NCBI RefSeq assembly: GCF_964355755.1
Contig: NC_092673.1
Location: 4,836,001-4,900,000 of the forward strand
Origin: Antedon mediterranea
Lineage: Eukaryota; Animalia; Echinodermata
DNA length: 64,000 nucleotides
Direction of reading: 5' to 3'
Made by a program: the position numbers and the translations under genes. Under the pieces are notes generated by a model. It worked only from the letters and a program-made list of their open reading frames with translations. It did not search any database and was not told where the DNA came from. Position 1 is the first letter of the stretch. Every line of letters begins with the position of its first letter. Below, piece after piece: positions 28,501 to 40,995 of the stretch.

Positions 28501-31500
28501 TAAAACATTTGGTAATTATGTATATCACGGAAGAACATTTATTTTGTAGGTTTGATGCTTCCTTACGTCGCTCAGGTAGAGTTTCTAAACGTAACGTCAA
28601 ACAACGAACAGTTATCTATAGGTGAGAATTTCTCGGTAGCTGAGCTTGTTAACCCTGGCATGCACTTTCCACGACCTTTCAGAGAGCTTTTCTTGTGGGC
28701 AGTTTTAGTTGGCAGGTATGTTTAAAAATCTATTTTGGTAGTGTTGAAATATTTTAATACAAATAGTGATTTTCATTTATTTAGTTTATATTCGTATTAA
28801 AAACCATATCATGAAGCTCGAGCCAAATGGTAAAAGGATTTCAGGTTTAGAATCCTGGTTATGCTTGTTTTTTTCTCACTATTCACTCTTCCTAACTAAT
28901 TGAATTCCAGAGTATCACTAGGTGGTTTAGAGTTTATGCCTGTGAATTTGTATTATATTGCTAATTGGTGTTTACATATTTTTATCAAATATATAATATA
29001 CAGTATATAAGCCACTTGACTCAGCAGAATCTACTGTAGCAGGATTGTATTTGCATTTTAATTTTATGTAGTAGTTTTGATGATTGAATAAAGTACCGTC
29101 ATTTGTATGTGGTTTACTTCCAAATAGGATGGACTTAGCAGAATTCTTCTGGGAGAGAGGAGAAGACCCAGTTTGTTTAGCCATCGTAGCATCAAGAATG
29201 TTACGTTCAATGTCAAAAAGAGCACAAGATCCAGATGACAAACTTAAGCTTCTTGAAAACTCAAGGTAATAATGCACAATGCATAATGGGAAGGGTTAAG
29301 TTGTTGTTTGTACGTATGCGTTGTGGCGTTTGGTCTCAAACCCTTACCACCATGTGCGATAAACCTTATGAAGCATTGAAAAAAAAGTTTTCTTTTTTTC
29401 TTTTAAATACTGAACAATTATTCACAATTATAATTGTCAAATGATTATCTTGTCTGTTACATTTACAGTACGTTTTACTATTTTAATTTCTGTAATTCAC
29501 ATTAAATATGTACATATATATCCTTTTGTTTCAGGCAATTTGAGAAACTTGCAATCTGTGTAGTTGATGAGTGCTATGAGACTGATGAAGATCTAGCCCA
29601 GATGATGATAGAGATTCCACATCAGCAGTGGGGAGGTATGAACACCTTGACCATTGCTGCCGAGTCAGAAGCAGAAGAATTTATTTCCCGTCCATGTGCT
29701 CAGGCTGTCATCCAGAACATTTGGATGGATGGAATGCGGTGTTCGTCAAGGAAAGCGTTCTTTGTTTTGCTTGTACCGCTACTGTTGACGGTGATTCCGT
29801 ACAGGAAGGATTTTGGTTCAAAAACAATGCGGGAGAAAGTGTGGATGTTCTACAATGCCCCGGTAACCAAGTTCTTTGCGGGATTGGTAGGATTATTTCT
29901 AATTTTACTAAATTTGCAATAATCATACACTAAATTCAGGTGGCACGATCTTCAAAAAATCTAAAAAATATACAAAAAAGCCTAAAATGAAAAAGGAATT
30001 CGAGTTGAGAAGAAATGTCTTTAGTATAAGAATAAGTAATCACTGCTATACAATTTAGTAAACATCTGTCCAAGTGTTTGAAGTTAGATTGGATATGATT
30101 GGTCAAAGTAGGACTTGAATACCATTCTGGTCTATGTGGCATAACTTGCCTGTGGGTCTCAAGAGGTGAACATAGCCTATCTAAAGCTCTGTCTACACTA
30201 TCAAACTAGTTTGACAAAAAATGTGTGATGTGCCCAAATATAGTAGTGATATACCCAAATATGGTAGTGATATGACATCATTATATCCATATACAGTATG
30301 GGCACATTTGTTGTCACATAAAGTTTGATAGTGTAGACAGAGCTGTATACTCACACCAAAGTACTGTACATGTATATTTCGTTATTCAATATTTGTTCAT
30401 TGTCTGGCTTTAGAACATCTATCTTAAAGATGGAAAAACATGTAGGATGAACATTGTTTGCATTTACTGTTGTCTGTTTTCATTTATAAAACTTATATTG
30501 AATGAGTCTGTACACACCTACTCTAGCTCATGTCCACTTTAAAGTTACTAGTGCATCTTTCAAGACGAGTAGGGGTTACCCAGGTGTACTAGTATACAAA
30601 CATCCACTGATCATAACTGGGCCCTCTGGGAGACCAGACTGAAGAGGTCACCCAGTATAAATAAAATATTTCATTTCAATTCTCACTCACATTATAAATT
30701 ATGAATATAAACATATGCTATATCTTTTCTTTTTTAGATTACATATTTGATGTTACTTTTACTGTTCAGCTACGTGTTAATCTTCGATTTTCAACAAGAG
30801 CCGTCACGTTATGAAGTCGCTTTATTTATATGGATTTGTAGCCTTATTATTGAAGAATTTCGACAGGTAAATAATAAACGACAATATTTATTTAATTTAT
30901 TATTTATATATAGGATTTTACTGAGCAAATTTATTGATCGTTTACTCCTAATGTTTGCCATAAGAAAAGTTGTCTTAAATTCCACACTTTAATAGTAACC
31001 CCCCTTCTAATAATAACCCACTACTCTTATAGTAACCCATGGGGGTTACTATTAGAGTCACAAAAACTTATGATGCAGCCGTATTTTAATAAGGAGATAA
31101 TGCATGTTGATCTCGGGAGTGGGGGAGGAGTGTTTTTGAGTTTATAAAATAAAGTTAGAGTTCAACCAAATTTGTTTATTCGTATTGTTTTATTATTTTA
31201 CTATGAGTTGCTGACCGGAAAAGTTGATGGTGGGTACTATTTTCAGTGCCTAATTTAAGATTAGTAATAATAGTAACCCACTACTCTAATAGTAACCCCT
31301 CTTCTAATAGTAACCCACCCTAAAAAACAATCAAAGAATAATAACCCAGGGTTACAATTAGATTACGGAATTCAGTCTTTTACAGTTTAATAATTGTTTA
31401 TGTTTATAATTGTTCTTTGTTCTTCTCTACCTTAGTTGGCAATACCAAATGAGTTTGAGACGTGGTATCAGAAAGTTCGTCAGTGGAAACGTAGTGTGTG

Positions 31501-34500
31501 GAATTGGATAGATGCAGCAATGCTGAGCCTAGCCTGTCTTGGCTTTGGTCTACATTGGACCAACGTAGAGTGGATTCATGTTGCCAAGGGGTGTTACTCT
31601 GCCAGCTGTTTCTTATTCTATGTCAGGCTACTTAGGATGTATGCTGTCAGTACTAATCTTGGTCCTAAGATGGTTATGATAAGAAAAATGGTATGGAATA
31701 TTAATTGTTTATAAATATTGAACATAACTTAATGTCTATTTTTTGTTTGGAAAAGTAAGTTTTAGAATGCTAGTAAATTGTGAAGAATATATGGTGGTAT
31801 ACTGTAAGCTTTCTCTAACTATTTACATTCATTCTTACAGTTTTAAACCATTCTAATTTACATTGAAAAAACCCTATTCTCCACATTATGGCATATCAAT
31901 CATGTCAAGTCTTATAGGCTTGCTTGCAGTACAGTATGCATCACCTGTGGGACCCATACTAGTTTCAAGTTGATATATTTGTCACATATGTGATGCTGTA
32001 TCGCAGTATTTGCCTATGATACTGTGCAATAGATACAGTACTGTATTACCATTGCTAATAGTTGAGATAACATTTACTTTTGCAGATTCGTGAGCTGATA
32101 TTTTTTCTCTGTATCTTGCTTGTATTTATGGTTGGCTATGGTGTAGCTAGTCAATCTCTTCTATTTCCCAATCAAACAAACGTTTCTGAGGCCATTGTTG
32201 GTATCTTTTACATGCCTTACTTCCAGATTCTTGGTGAATTATTTCTGGAGGTTGCAGTTGATGGTAAGTTTTTTACTTAAAATAAATATTACTGAATTGT
32301 GTACTTATAAGCATGTTGAAGATGTATTGTCCGCCTGAAAAATTACATTTTGTTGTTGTTGAATAATATAATAGTTATCCACTCCACAAATTGATTTACC
32401 TGAAAAAAAACTGTAATTTAAAGCAAAATGATTTTTTTTTTAATTAATCATTTATTATGTTATTTTGTAAGTGAAAACATTTTGTTTTTGGGTTTTTTTT
32501 CTACAGAAGTGATTACTTTATTAAAACTACAAGATAATTCAAAGTCTGATTTAATTTATCTTCATTCGTTTTTGGGGGACAATACATGTTTAAGCAACAT
32601 TTTTTGTTTAATACATTTATTATAGATACCTATTCAGGGGACAGCTGTAGTGTTAAACATACATTGTCCCTTGTTCGTTGCACATGAAAGTGTCCCGTAA
32701 TAGGGGGTCTTCTTAGAGGTGTCTCCTGAATAGGGTTGCCCAAAAGGAGTGGTTTTTCTGTTTTTATTTAGTTCACAATTTCATTTCATTTCATTTATTT
32801 ATTCGACCAACAAAACATATACAATGTACAAAGATGAAATTGGTCAGGGACTGCTAAAGTAATATGATTACTGTAACTACAAGAGTCAGCAGTCCCAATG
32901 ATTGTTTAACACAGTTAACAGGTTTAATACAGTAGCTAATAATCTATAATGTAATCTTTGATTTACAAAGACAAAAAATATGTTTAAAGAATATACAGTA
33001 CAGTACATAGATACACAGCAGACATCACATAAAGATTTCTGATTTTGTCTGTCTTTTTGTAGGCAAGCTTGAAGATTGTAGTGACGACCCTGCTGATAAA
33101 CTTCACCCATGTCCTGAGAAACACGTTTTAGTTTCTGTATTTCTAGTCATCTATTTATTGATAGGAAATGTGCTGCTGTTGAACCTACTGATTGCAATAT
33201 TCAGGTGAGAATTGGTGCTTTACTGGGCTAGAGGACCAACAAATAGGGTATAGAACTACATCACTGCATTTATCACCACCATATGTAATATAGGACTAGT
33301 CAAAAGTACAGCTGAGTGTTCCAATTACCAGACTTTTTGAAAACCTAAAACTCTCCCAAAACCAGACTTTTCTTGAGGTACAGAACATCAAAAATTCTTT
33401 TTTTACCATTAAAAACACATTCGGAATACATGAATTTCTGGAAAACCAGACATATTAGGCCACTGGCCAAGAGAGTTCTGGTTTTAAAGTTGACTGTAAA
33501 TCAGGTACAGTACATTTGTATTATTGTGAACAGATATTCAGTATATTCCAGAAGACCATTACTGTCATTATTATTTTGGTTCTTTAACAGCGTCCAAAAA
33601 AGTGTGGTCAAAATATATTAGTGATATGCCCAAATATTGTAGTGATATGACATCATCATGTCTATATATAGGCACATCACATTTTGTTGTCACAAGTTTG
33701 ATAGTGTAGACAGAGCCTAAGTTATACCATTTTGCATTTGATTTTCACCTCAGTTTTGTATTTGATGAAGTCCAAAGCAAGGCACTTCAGATATGGCGGT
33801 ATGAACTGTATGCATTGGTGATGGAGTATGCTGACAGACCAGCTATTCCAGCGCCCTTTATAATATTTCAACATTTTTTTATGATTCTCTCATGGATGTA
33901 TAGAATGATTAATATATCATGCAGTGAATTCGTTCAAAAAGGTATTTATCTTTCTTTAATGTTTTCCTTTATATTGGAAACAAAGTTAGTCTTTCTCAGT
34001 ATTAATATCGACTTATATTGCTTTTTAAAGGTCCATTATACAATCCAAAGAAGAAAATTGAGTTAAGAGTGTTTGAAAAAGAATGTGCTGCAAGTTACCG
34101 TCGCAAGAAAGCAAATTTTGAAAGCTCACAAGTGACGGAAAAAGTTGATAGAATTGAGAAAAAGTAAGGAAAATACTTTAGAATACAAAATTATAGGTTG
34201 TGATTACTTGGACTATTTAATATCACAAAGATATGTTTTGAGTTTTATTTAAATTAATTTGTTAATTGCATTTTACAAAAAAGCACTAAAATTAATTCTT
34301 TTTAATTTACAGGCTTGAAGAATCAATCAAACAGTCGGAAAATGCTAAAGATGATTTTCATCAACATTTTGTGAATTTGAACAAAAGTATGAAAAGGAAG
34401 ACATCGCAGATTGAGCTGCCACTGAGAGAAGGATTTTCAAGTTACTCTCACAAACTTCCTGAGAACGATGTACCCTACACACCAAAGGTCAAACTTGAAG

Positions 34501-35081
34501 AAATACCAAGTAATGAACAGCCAGTTAGAGACTCAGGAATGGTAATTGAAGGTATAAACCGGAATAATGCACAGTTGCAGAAATTACGTATCGAAGACGA
34601 GACACAAGACGATGCAAAGAAACTTGAAGAGAAAGAATTACCAACCAGAGATAATGAAATCCACAATCAGGTTGGTCTTCTTTACCCCCATGAGAAATCC
34701 TCATCATCGTTGATCGATGAATTTGATGGCGCTCTTAAGCATACAAAGAAAAAAAGACGCAAGTTTAAGCGATCAAAGAAACTAAATGATTCTGATTGTT
34801 TTCCTATTCCCGAACACATCAAAAGTGAAGAATCATTCTTAGACGGTAGCGACGTGGAACAAGCTAGCCTCACCTTTGATGAAAACGTGGTGCAAAGTAG
34901 TTTGTCAAATCTGCAGGTGATTGCTAGACAGCAGGCTACAGCATTTGTAGATCTGAAGAGAGGAATTGATCTTCAGATGCAACTGGTGCAGGCTAGACTG
35001 CTAAAGCTGGAGGAGGATTCGAAAGGAAACAAGCAAATGTTGGAAAGAATTGAACATCTTCTAGAAAAAAAAAGTCTTTGA
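19597..35081 (+). CDS. TRPM: TRPM-family (melastatin) cation channel, 22 exons, about 1457 aa, no recognisable NUDT9H or kinase domain
   Basis: Exons 19597-19797, 20860-20954, 21434-21683, 21945-22109, 22426-22629, 24872-25058, 25175-25343, 25438-25576, 25892-25964, 26840-26940, 27664-27852, 28200-28350, 28550-28715, 29128-29265, 29535-29886, 30738-30866, 31436-31690, 32086-32263, 33063-33204, 33754-33941, 34031-34163, 34313-35081 (4374 nt, phases consistent). Motifs: SWIATTFFKKEC/CCCGR, PTDAFGKIEF, ISVAGGTKNF, GAWIISTG, LDPHHTHFLLIDDG, EGTGRAADLLA, QLKLALSWGRVDVA, PFRELFLWAVL, FYNAPVTKF, S2 EEFRQ, S3 WNWID, LGPKMVMI, pore PYFQILGELFLE, S6 NVLLLNLLIAIF, post-TRP RPAIPAPF. Subtype not assignable by eye. 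Confidence 0.93.
19827..20153. mobile_element. MITE with ~53-bp TIRs and TAA TSD (PIF/Harbinger-type)
   Basis: TGCACTTGTCAATTGTATGACCCACTATACGACCCCCGGGAGAGGTGCGTCAT ... ATGACGCACCTCTCCCGGGGGTTGTATAGTGGGTCATACAATTGACAAGTGCA (1 mismatch); TAA on both flanks; internal TGACGCAC repeats. Confidence 0.88.
20205..20820. mobile_element. Non-autonomous TIR element flanked by TTAA (Kolobok-like)
   Basis: TTAA|AGATGTATTGTCCCT ... GGAGGACAATATATTG|TTAA; related copies at 16163-16470, 32320-32589 and 63820-64000. Kolobok label inferred from the TTAA target and purine termini. Confidence 0.6.
21752..21898. mobile_element. MITE family A (TIR AGCTCTGTCTACACTATCAAACT), TAA TSD
   Basis: TAA|AGCCTTGTCTACACTATCAAAC ... 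TTGATAGTGTAGGCAGAGCT|TAA, with internal CATATCACTACCATATTTGGG subrepeats. Confidence 0.85.
22633..24433. mobile_element. 1.8-kb non-autonomous Tc1/mariner-type element, TA TSD, inserted in a TRPM splice donor
   Basis: TA|CAGTACTGACTACATATCATATACCA ... TGGTACATGATTTGTAGTCAGTACTG|TA (26-bp TIR, 2 mismatches); subterminal TTTTACACG motifs; CpG-richer than flanks; no transposase ORF. Confidence 0.85.
26162..26503. mobile_element. MITE with ~35-bp TIRs and an internal ~135-bp direct duplication
   Basis: AGGCCATCTCAGACAGCATCATACAACGAGGCCAGAC ... GTCAGGCCTCGTTATACGACGCTGTCTGAGTTGGCCT; TCAGACAGCATC...AATAACTAT repeated at ~26170 and ~26304; flanks TTA/TTT. Confidence 0.8.
27425..27604. mobile_element. 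MITE family A, TTA TSD
   Basis: TTA|AGCTCTGTCTACACTATTAAACT ... AGTTTGATAGTGTAGACAGAGCT|TTA. Confidence 0.9.
30185..30344. mobile_element. MITE family A (reverse orientation)
   Basis: Both TIRs present; internal CCCAAATAT(G/A)GTAGTGATAT repeats. Confidence 0.85.
30553..30665 (+). mobile_element. 5'-truncated SINE fragment, same family as 58434-58720
   Basis: CATCTTTCAAGACGAGTAGGGGTTACCCAGGTGTACTAGT...CTGGGCCCTCTGGGAGA...GACTGAAGAGGTCACCCAGTATAAA aligns with ~58580-58693. Confidence 0.8.
30979..31372. mobile_element. Degenerate MITE with AATAGTAACCC subterminal repeats
   Basis: AATTCC...TAATAGTAACCCC at left versus GGGTTACAATTAGATTACGGAATT at right; about 7 direct and 2 inverted copies of ATA(G/A)TAACCC. 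Confidence 0.6.
32320..32589. mobile_element. AGATGTATTGTCCC-family (Kolobok-like) element, reverse orientation
   Basis: AGATGTATTGTCCGCCTGAAA ... TTTTGGGGGACAATACATGT|TTAA. Confidence 0.55.
33595..33717. mobile_element. MITE family A, one end lost
   Basis: Internal GTGATATGCCCAAATAT repeats and right TIR AGTTTGATAGTGTAGACAGAGCC. Confidence 0.75.
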
Positions 35082-35317
35082 AAATATAGAAGTACCATAT
35101 GAGAAAATGTAGGTCATCACTCGATTCTATTTACGTCTTTTATCTGAATAACATAAGTCATACAATAATTAGTATACTATGTGCTTTGTGTACAGAACAA
35201 CTCAATAAACAAACTCTACTATGTGACCGCACCTTCTGAAACCAATTGTCTTAATTTGCCTTCTATGTTTAAGGAACCAGCTGTATTATGAACCATATTA
35301 TCAAGAATCCTTGCTTA

Positions 35318-35496
35318 AGCGTGGTTCCCACTAGCGACGCAACGCAAGGACGTAACGCAACGCAAGTGAATTGACCAATCACAAGGGATGGCTTATTCGC
35401 TTGTGATTGCTAACTGTCTATAACTTCGCTTGTCATTGGTTAAAACGCTTGCGTTGCGTTTACGTCCTTGCGTTACGTTCTAGTGGGAACCAAGCT
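35318..35496. mobile_element. Palindromic MITE, TTA TSD (Harbinger-type), downstream of the TRPM stop codon
   Basis: TTA|AGCGTGGTTCCCACTAGCGACGCAACGCAAGGACGTAACGCAACGCAAG ... CTTGCGTTGCGTTTACGTCCTTGCGTTACGTTCTAGTGGGAACCAAGCT|TTA. Confidence 0.88.
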
Positions 35497-35930
35497 TTAT
35501 GTATGTCGACAAATCTTACTTTCAAAAACAATAACAATTTCTGTCTGATTTTACTCCTTATTTTTTATCACAGTGTGCCAATAATATAGTATAATTAAGT
35601 TTTTTTATGTGAAAAATCTCAGGGAAAGTTCTTGTGTTGTTTTTTAAAGAAATCAATAGATATGTGTCAGTAAAATCATATTGTAATTATGTCGTTTTTT
35701 TATTTGCAGTAAATTTTATAGTTTTTGTCTTTCTACTTTCATAACATTGATATGTGTGTGAGCAAACATGCTTGTGATTTGTAATAGTTTATTTATACGA
35801 TATGCATTTTTATCATAGCTTTAATTTTACATTTTATAACTTGTGAAGTTTGTAAATGTGTCAGGACTGCCATAAATAGTAGGGGAAAGATATCCAATAA
35901 TCATTACTGCCTGTAGCAAGCACAATGTTA

Positions 35931-36049
35931 AGCCCTGTCTACACTATCAAACTTTATGTGAAATGTGATTTGCTTATATATGGACACGATGACATCATAT
36001 CACGAACATATTTGGGCTCATCACTCAGTTTGATATTGTAGACAGAGCT
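35931..36049. mobile_element. MITE family A, internally deleted
   Basis: AGCCCTGTCTACACTATCAAACT ... AGTTTGATATTGTAGACAGAGCT. Confidence 0.85.
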
Positions 36050-36796
36050 TAAGTCTTTTTATTATTTGACAAATTACTATGGCAGTTAGAGAAGAGCACA
36101 TGGTTATAGTAGAATTTTAATACTGTAATGCTATTATTTAGAACAAAATACATTTCTACAACTGTTTAGCATCTGTATTTAATATGCAGAAGGCTACATA
36201 TCTGCTTAGTATATACTGAAATATTTACCTTTTTATTGAATGAACTATTTAACTTCATTGTCTTTCATGTGAGTCTGCAATATGTTATGTCTTTTAATAT
36301 CGCTGTATGAATATAGTAATTTATGTGACAATATGTACTCATTTTGTACTAGTTGAGATTATTTAAAATGTACATTTATGTTTAATGTTAAACATTTAGG
36401 TTTTCACCTTGATTTAAACCACATTCATTAAGTAAATTAACATTACATATATTTTAAAAACAATTATAAATTTTACTGTAAAAGTTACCTATAACAATAT
36501 TAACACTACTCTGTCCACAAATCAATTGAAAATATTTACATTTAAAATTGTTATACATTTAAGTCGGTTGGACCAATAACGCAATGTGATAATGAATAGT
36601 AATTACTAACAAATTTAGTTTAGACGCAATATAGGCAATTCTTATCATCACGCAACGAAACCACAGTTCTGCTGTCATCATCAACCTGTTGAATTTCTAG
36701 TGTCAGAACAATTATAACTCCTTGAATTTCTACTCCGTGTCCAGAACTCAATTAATTACATTTTTTTACATTTAAAATGGTTATATATAGGCTATA

Positions 36797-38123
36797 TAGC
36801 CTGGGTGCAGTACAAATTTTGCGGGAAAAAAGTATAGGAAAATTTTTTTTATATTTTTCTGATAGAGTATACCATATAGAATGTCAGAAAAAAAATCCCC
36901 ATCCCAGGGTCTTGGGGAAATTTTTTTACGGCCTTTTTAAATTTTGGCCTATATAACACACACAAATGCCTATTAACACACACAAATACCTATATAGGGG
37001 ATAGGGAAAACCAATTCATGTTTTTTTTTACTTGGAGTTGTGTTATGATGATTAAAATTTGCTGAGGCTTACTTTAATAACTACTTCTAATATTGGTTAA
37101 TAAATCAAGTCGATAACAATGACATCATCATGCCAGAATCCAATATGGCGTCAAATTTGGCGGAAAAAACAGGGTATTGCTAAACCCCCGCAAACCCTTG
37201 CAAACCTCCAAAAAAAACATAGCAAACCCCACCGAACCAACATAAAAGTGATTGAATCATGTAGTGTACGACCCACTGGGTATATCCATGTTTAAAAAAA
37301 AATTAATTTCTACTGTTAACTACTTATTTTTTGGGTAAAACATCATTTTTTGGTAAAAAATGATTGCTAAACCCTGCAAACCTAAAAAAAAACATAGCAA
37401 ATCCCACTGAACCAACATAATAAAAGTGATTGAATCATGTAGTGTACGACTCACTGGGTATATCCATGTTTAAAAAAAAATAAAATTTCTACTGTTAACG
37501 ACTTATTTTTGGGGTAAAATATCATTTTTGGTAAAAAATGATTGCTAATTTTTAACAAAAAAATTATGTTTTAACCCAAAAATAAGTAGTTAACAGTGGA
37601 AATTTTAAATTTTTTTTAACATGAACATATCCAGTGGGCCGTACACTCCATGATTCAATCACTTTTATGTTGGTTCGGTGGGGTTTTCTATGTTTTTTTA
37701 GAGGTTTCCAGGGGTTTGCGGGGGTTTAGCAATACCCTGTTTTTCCCACTAAATTGGACGCCATATTGGATTCTGGCATGATGATGTCATCGTATCGACT
37801 TGATTCATCAACTACTATGAGAAGTAGTTATTAAAGTAAGCCTCTACTAATTTTAATCATAAAAACACAACTGCAAGTAACAAAAACTGTTAATTGATTT
37901 TCCCTATCCCATATATATAGGTTTTTGTGTGTGTTAATAGGAATTTGTGTGTGTTATATAGGCCAAAATTTAAAAGTGCCATAAAAAATTTTCCCCAAGA
38001 CCCTGAGATGGGGATTTTTTTTCTGACATTCTATATGGTATACTCTATTAGAAAAACCAAAAAAAAATTTTCCTATACTTTTTCCCCGCAAATGTGTATA
38101 ATAATTGTTCTGCACCCAGGCTA
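36797..38123. mobile_element. 1.33-kb foldback element with ~570-bp inverted arms (TAGCCTGGGTGCAG termini), ATA flanks
   Basis: 36797-~37370 is the reverse complement of ~37545-38123 with scattered mismatches; the centre (~37363-37548) is a direct duplicate of the inner left arm; ATA on both flanks. Confidence 0.88.
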
Positions 38124-38333
38124 ATAGGTTTGATTAATAAAACAAATAATAATAATACTAATACAGTACATTTAGTTTAGAAGTAATTTATGTTAATAAT
38201 TATTATTCTATTAAAAGCATGCTAGTTATTTCATGAGTTTGAACCGATACGAAAATAGTATACATTCCACGCGTTCTTTTAAACAGTACAAAATGCAAAT
38301 AATTTTACGTCCGATCAAAGTATTATAATATTC

Positions 38334-38735
38334 TATTGAATATGCCTGTACAACTTACAATAAGAAAGTATAGGTATACTTACATTGCAGTTTATCGTTC
38401 ATTTTACAAATATGTTTATAATCATGTTGGAAATATTCTATTATAACATGTTTTTTATTACAAATACCTATGTAGTTTCAAACACTTAGAAAATAAAGAT
38501 ATAACATGCAAAAAAATTTCCGTTCGATCATTGTTTAAAAATAAGTAGTATTATTGAATATGCCTGTAAAACTTATATGCATTCTAGTTTATCGTTCATT
38601 TAACATTATACAAATAATGTTTCCGTCCAATTTTAAATGTAGTTTATTATCATGTTGGAATTATTCTATTATAACGTTTTTTATTACAAATAGGCCCTAT
38701 GTACTTTCAGACACTGCGAAAATAAAGATACATTC
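38334..38735. repeat. Degenerate ~220-bp direct duplication
   Basis: TATTGAATATGCCTGTA...AGTTTATCGTTCATTTTA...ATCATGTTGGAA.TATTCTATTATAAC.GTTTTTTATTACAAATA...GAAAATAAAGATA at ~38334 and ~38552. Confidence 0.7.
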
Positions 38736-40995
38736 CATCATCGTTCTTTTTAATAGGGCAAGCACGTGTCCGTCTGGTTATGTTTTCTGTTACGCTGCTA
38801 AAACTAATAAAACCAAGATGGATATATATGTTCAAATGCAGTACACGAATTAGTGTGGCTATATTAGATTGGTACATTTCGTGTTATTTTATACTAGATA
38901 TTTATATTGTAGGACTATATATTTATTCAATGTATGTGATATATTGTGAGATAGACGATTTTGTACACATTTATTTTACTTTTTAAACCCTAAAATGGTC
39001 AGTTAGGCCTTCATAATAATACAATAATAACCAGTAAAATAGTTTTGATCCAACCATTGAGGGATTATTTTAACATTAACTAATTCCTCTATGCTTCAAT
39101 TATGGATGTATAAAATTTATTAAACTCATTATAGTTTCATCACGGTCCTTTTGTTCTGATGCCGCTACACGTCATCCCCACAATCATTTCCTATATAAAA
39201 TTATCCTTTTATAAACACGACTTGATCGTTGCTGTACTACCGTGTCGAATGTCGTTAAATGTCAACCTTCACTTTATTTATTTCGATACACAATCACAGT
39301 CTTCTAAGTTACGAATCTGTTTCTCAACTTCTTTGTACTAAAATTAAAAAAAGATTACCATTATTCGTTACTATGTAGTTTATGTAGATGTTAATTTTCT
39401 CTATAAACTATAAGAGACAAGGATAACTTAGATTAAAATGTTTGTCTCGCTCGTGACCGGTCTCACGACTCTGCCTCAAACGTTTATTTCGTTTAATTCA
39501 TGCTTTGTCTTGTTTCTCTTTATATTAGTAATACAGTATTTGTTTTAATGTAAGACCTACTCTATCTTTCAATTTGTATTTATTTGATGTTATCATCGAA
39601 CAAGTTTGTTAAACAAATCACCACTCTCCTCATCTGGGATATTCTCTATTGATTTACTCATACTCATACTCGATATAGAGGGGGCCAAATTTTGCATATA
39701 ATTTGCATGTAATTAACAAGGTGTGCAGTATGACAGGTGATACAACGGCGTCGCGTGTGTAAACGTTACCGCTAAACTCACGGGGTGTAATTAATTTAAT
39801 TTATTGTATTAAATAGTTTAAAGTTGAATAAAGTAATTGAAATTTGTTTATGATGATGTTCCTTTCGCGTATTATTCATTCCTGCGCACGACGTCTTGGC
39901 CAAGCCTTGAACTATGACATTACGTACTTAGGTATGTTACTTCAATTATTGTTTCCAAGCTAGCCAGGTGGACAGTCGGGACACTTTCAAACAAATATGC
40001 AAATAAACTTACTCTTTTACTAAGGCTGTGTGCTGTTCGTTTTAAATCCAATATTTTTTCTTCTAATTCGTTATGATCTCGACATCTAATGCAGTAATTG
40101 TCTAAAATGACCGTAAAATAATAATATAAAGTTACTTCCCTCCACCTTATGTTTATGTACGCTTAGAGGAAAATTATTACATGTTGTCTGATTATATGCG
40201 ATATATGAACCAGTCATAGCCCACGATCTCTAAGTATATTATTTAAACTCAATATTATTATGTAGGCCTACTATGCGTATACGACGCGTAATATATTAAA
40301 ACTTACCAGCCACGGGAACCTTTTCCTTACACTGTGCTTGGAATACGAGCAAACAAGCCACCAAAACTATAAATAAAATGTTTTTCATGTTTATATTTGT
40401 CACTTCGTCTCTCCTTGTCACTTTCACTGCTCGCAGTACGATAGAATAACGTGATAACCGGATGCCCTGGCTTCAAAAGTACGATCTATATGACAATTAT
40501 ACAGGGCTATTTACCCTTGAAAAAATATAAACGGGATGTAACGCTTCCTTAGATTCCATTTTGCGGTATAATTAAAAACCTTAACGTTGATAAAACGCAT
40601 TTATTAATTATTTATGAAGAAACTGTACATTGTAACATTGGAATCATAAAATATATTAAAAAAAGGATAGATGTTGTTTAAAATAAGATTATGTGCGTTA
40701 TTCAATGTTATCCGTATCGACTGCCTGTATAGTTGAAACAATTTATCGAATTTTTAAAGTGATCGTAATTCTTTTTTCTTGTAATGAATGTTTGTTGTAG
40801 CCTATTCAGTGTTAGTTTTAAAGTTTGTCACAAAAAACAGATGGATTCCTCTTATTAACATACATGACCTTTGACATCATTATTGTATAAAGTTCCGCTG
40901 TAAATACCGACGCGTCGTCCCCTCGACAACCCCACGTAATGTGTTGTATTGAATTCACATTAAAAACTAATATTTAATTAGTATTTTTATTCAAA

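Noticed and set aside
34371-35081. Separate 236-aa coiled-coil protein
   Set aside because: GTG start, in frame with the acceptor at 34312; it is the last TRPM exon.
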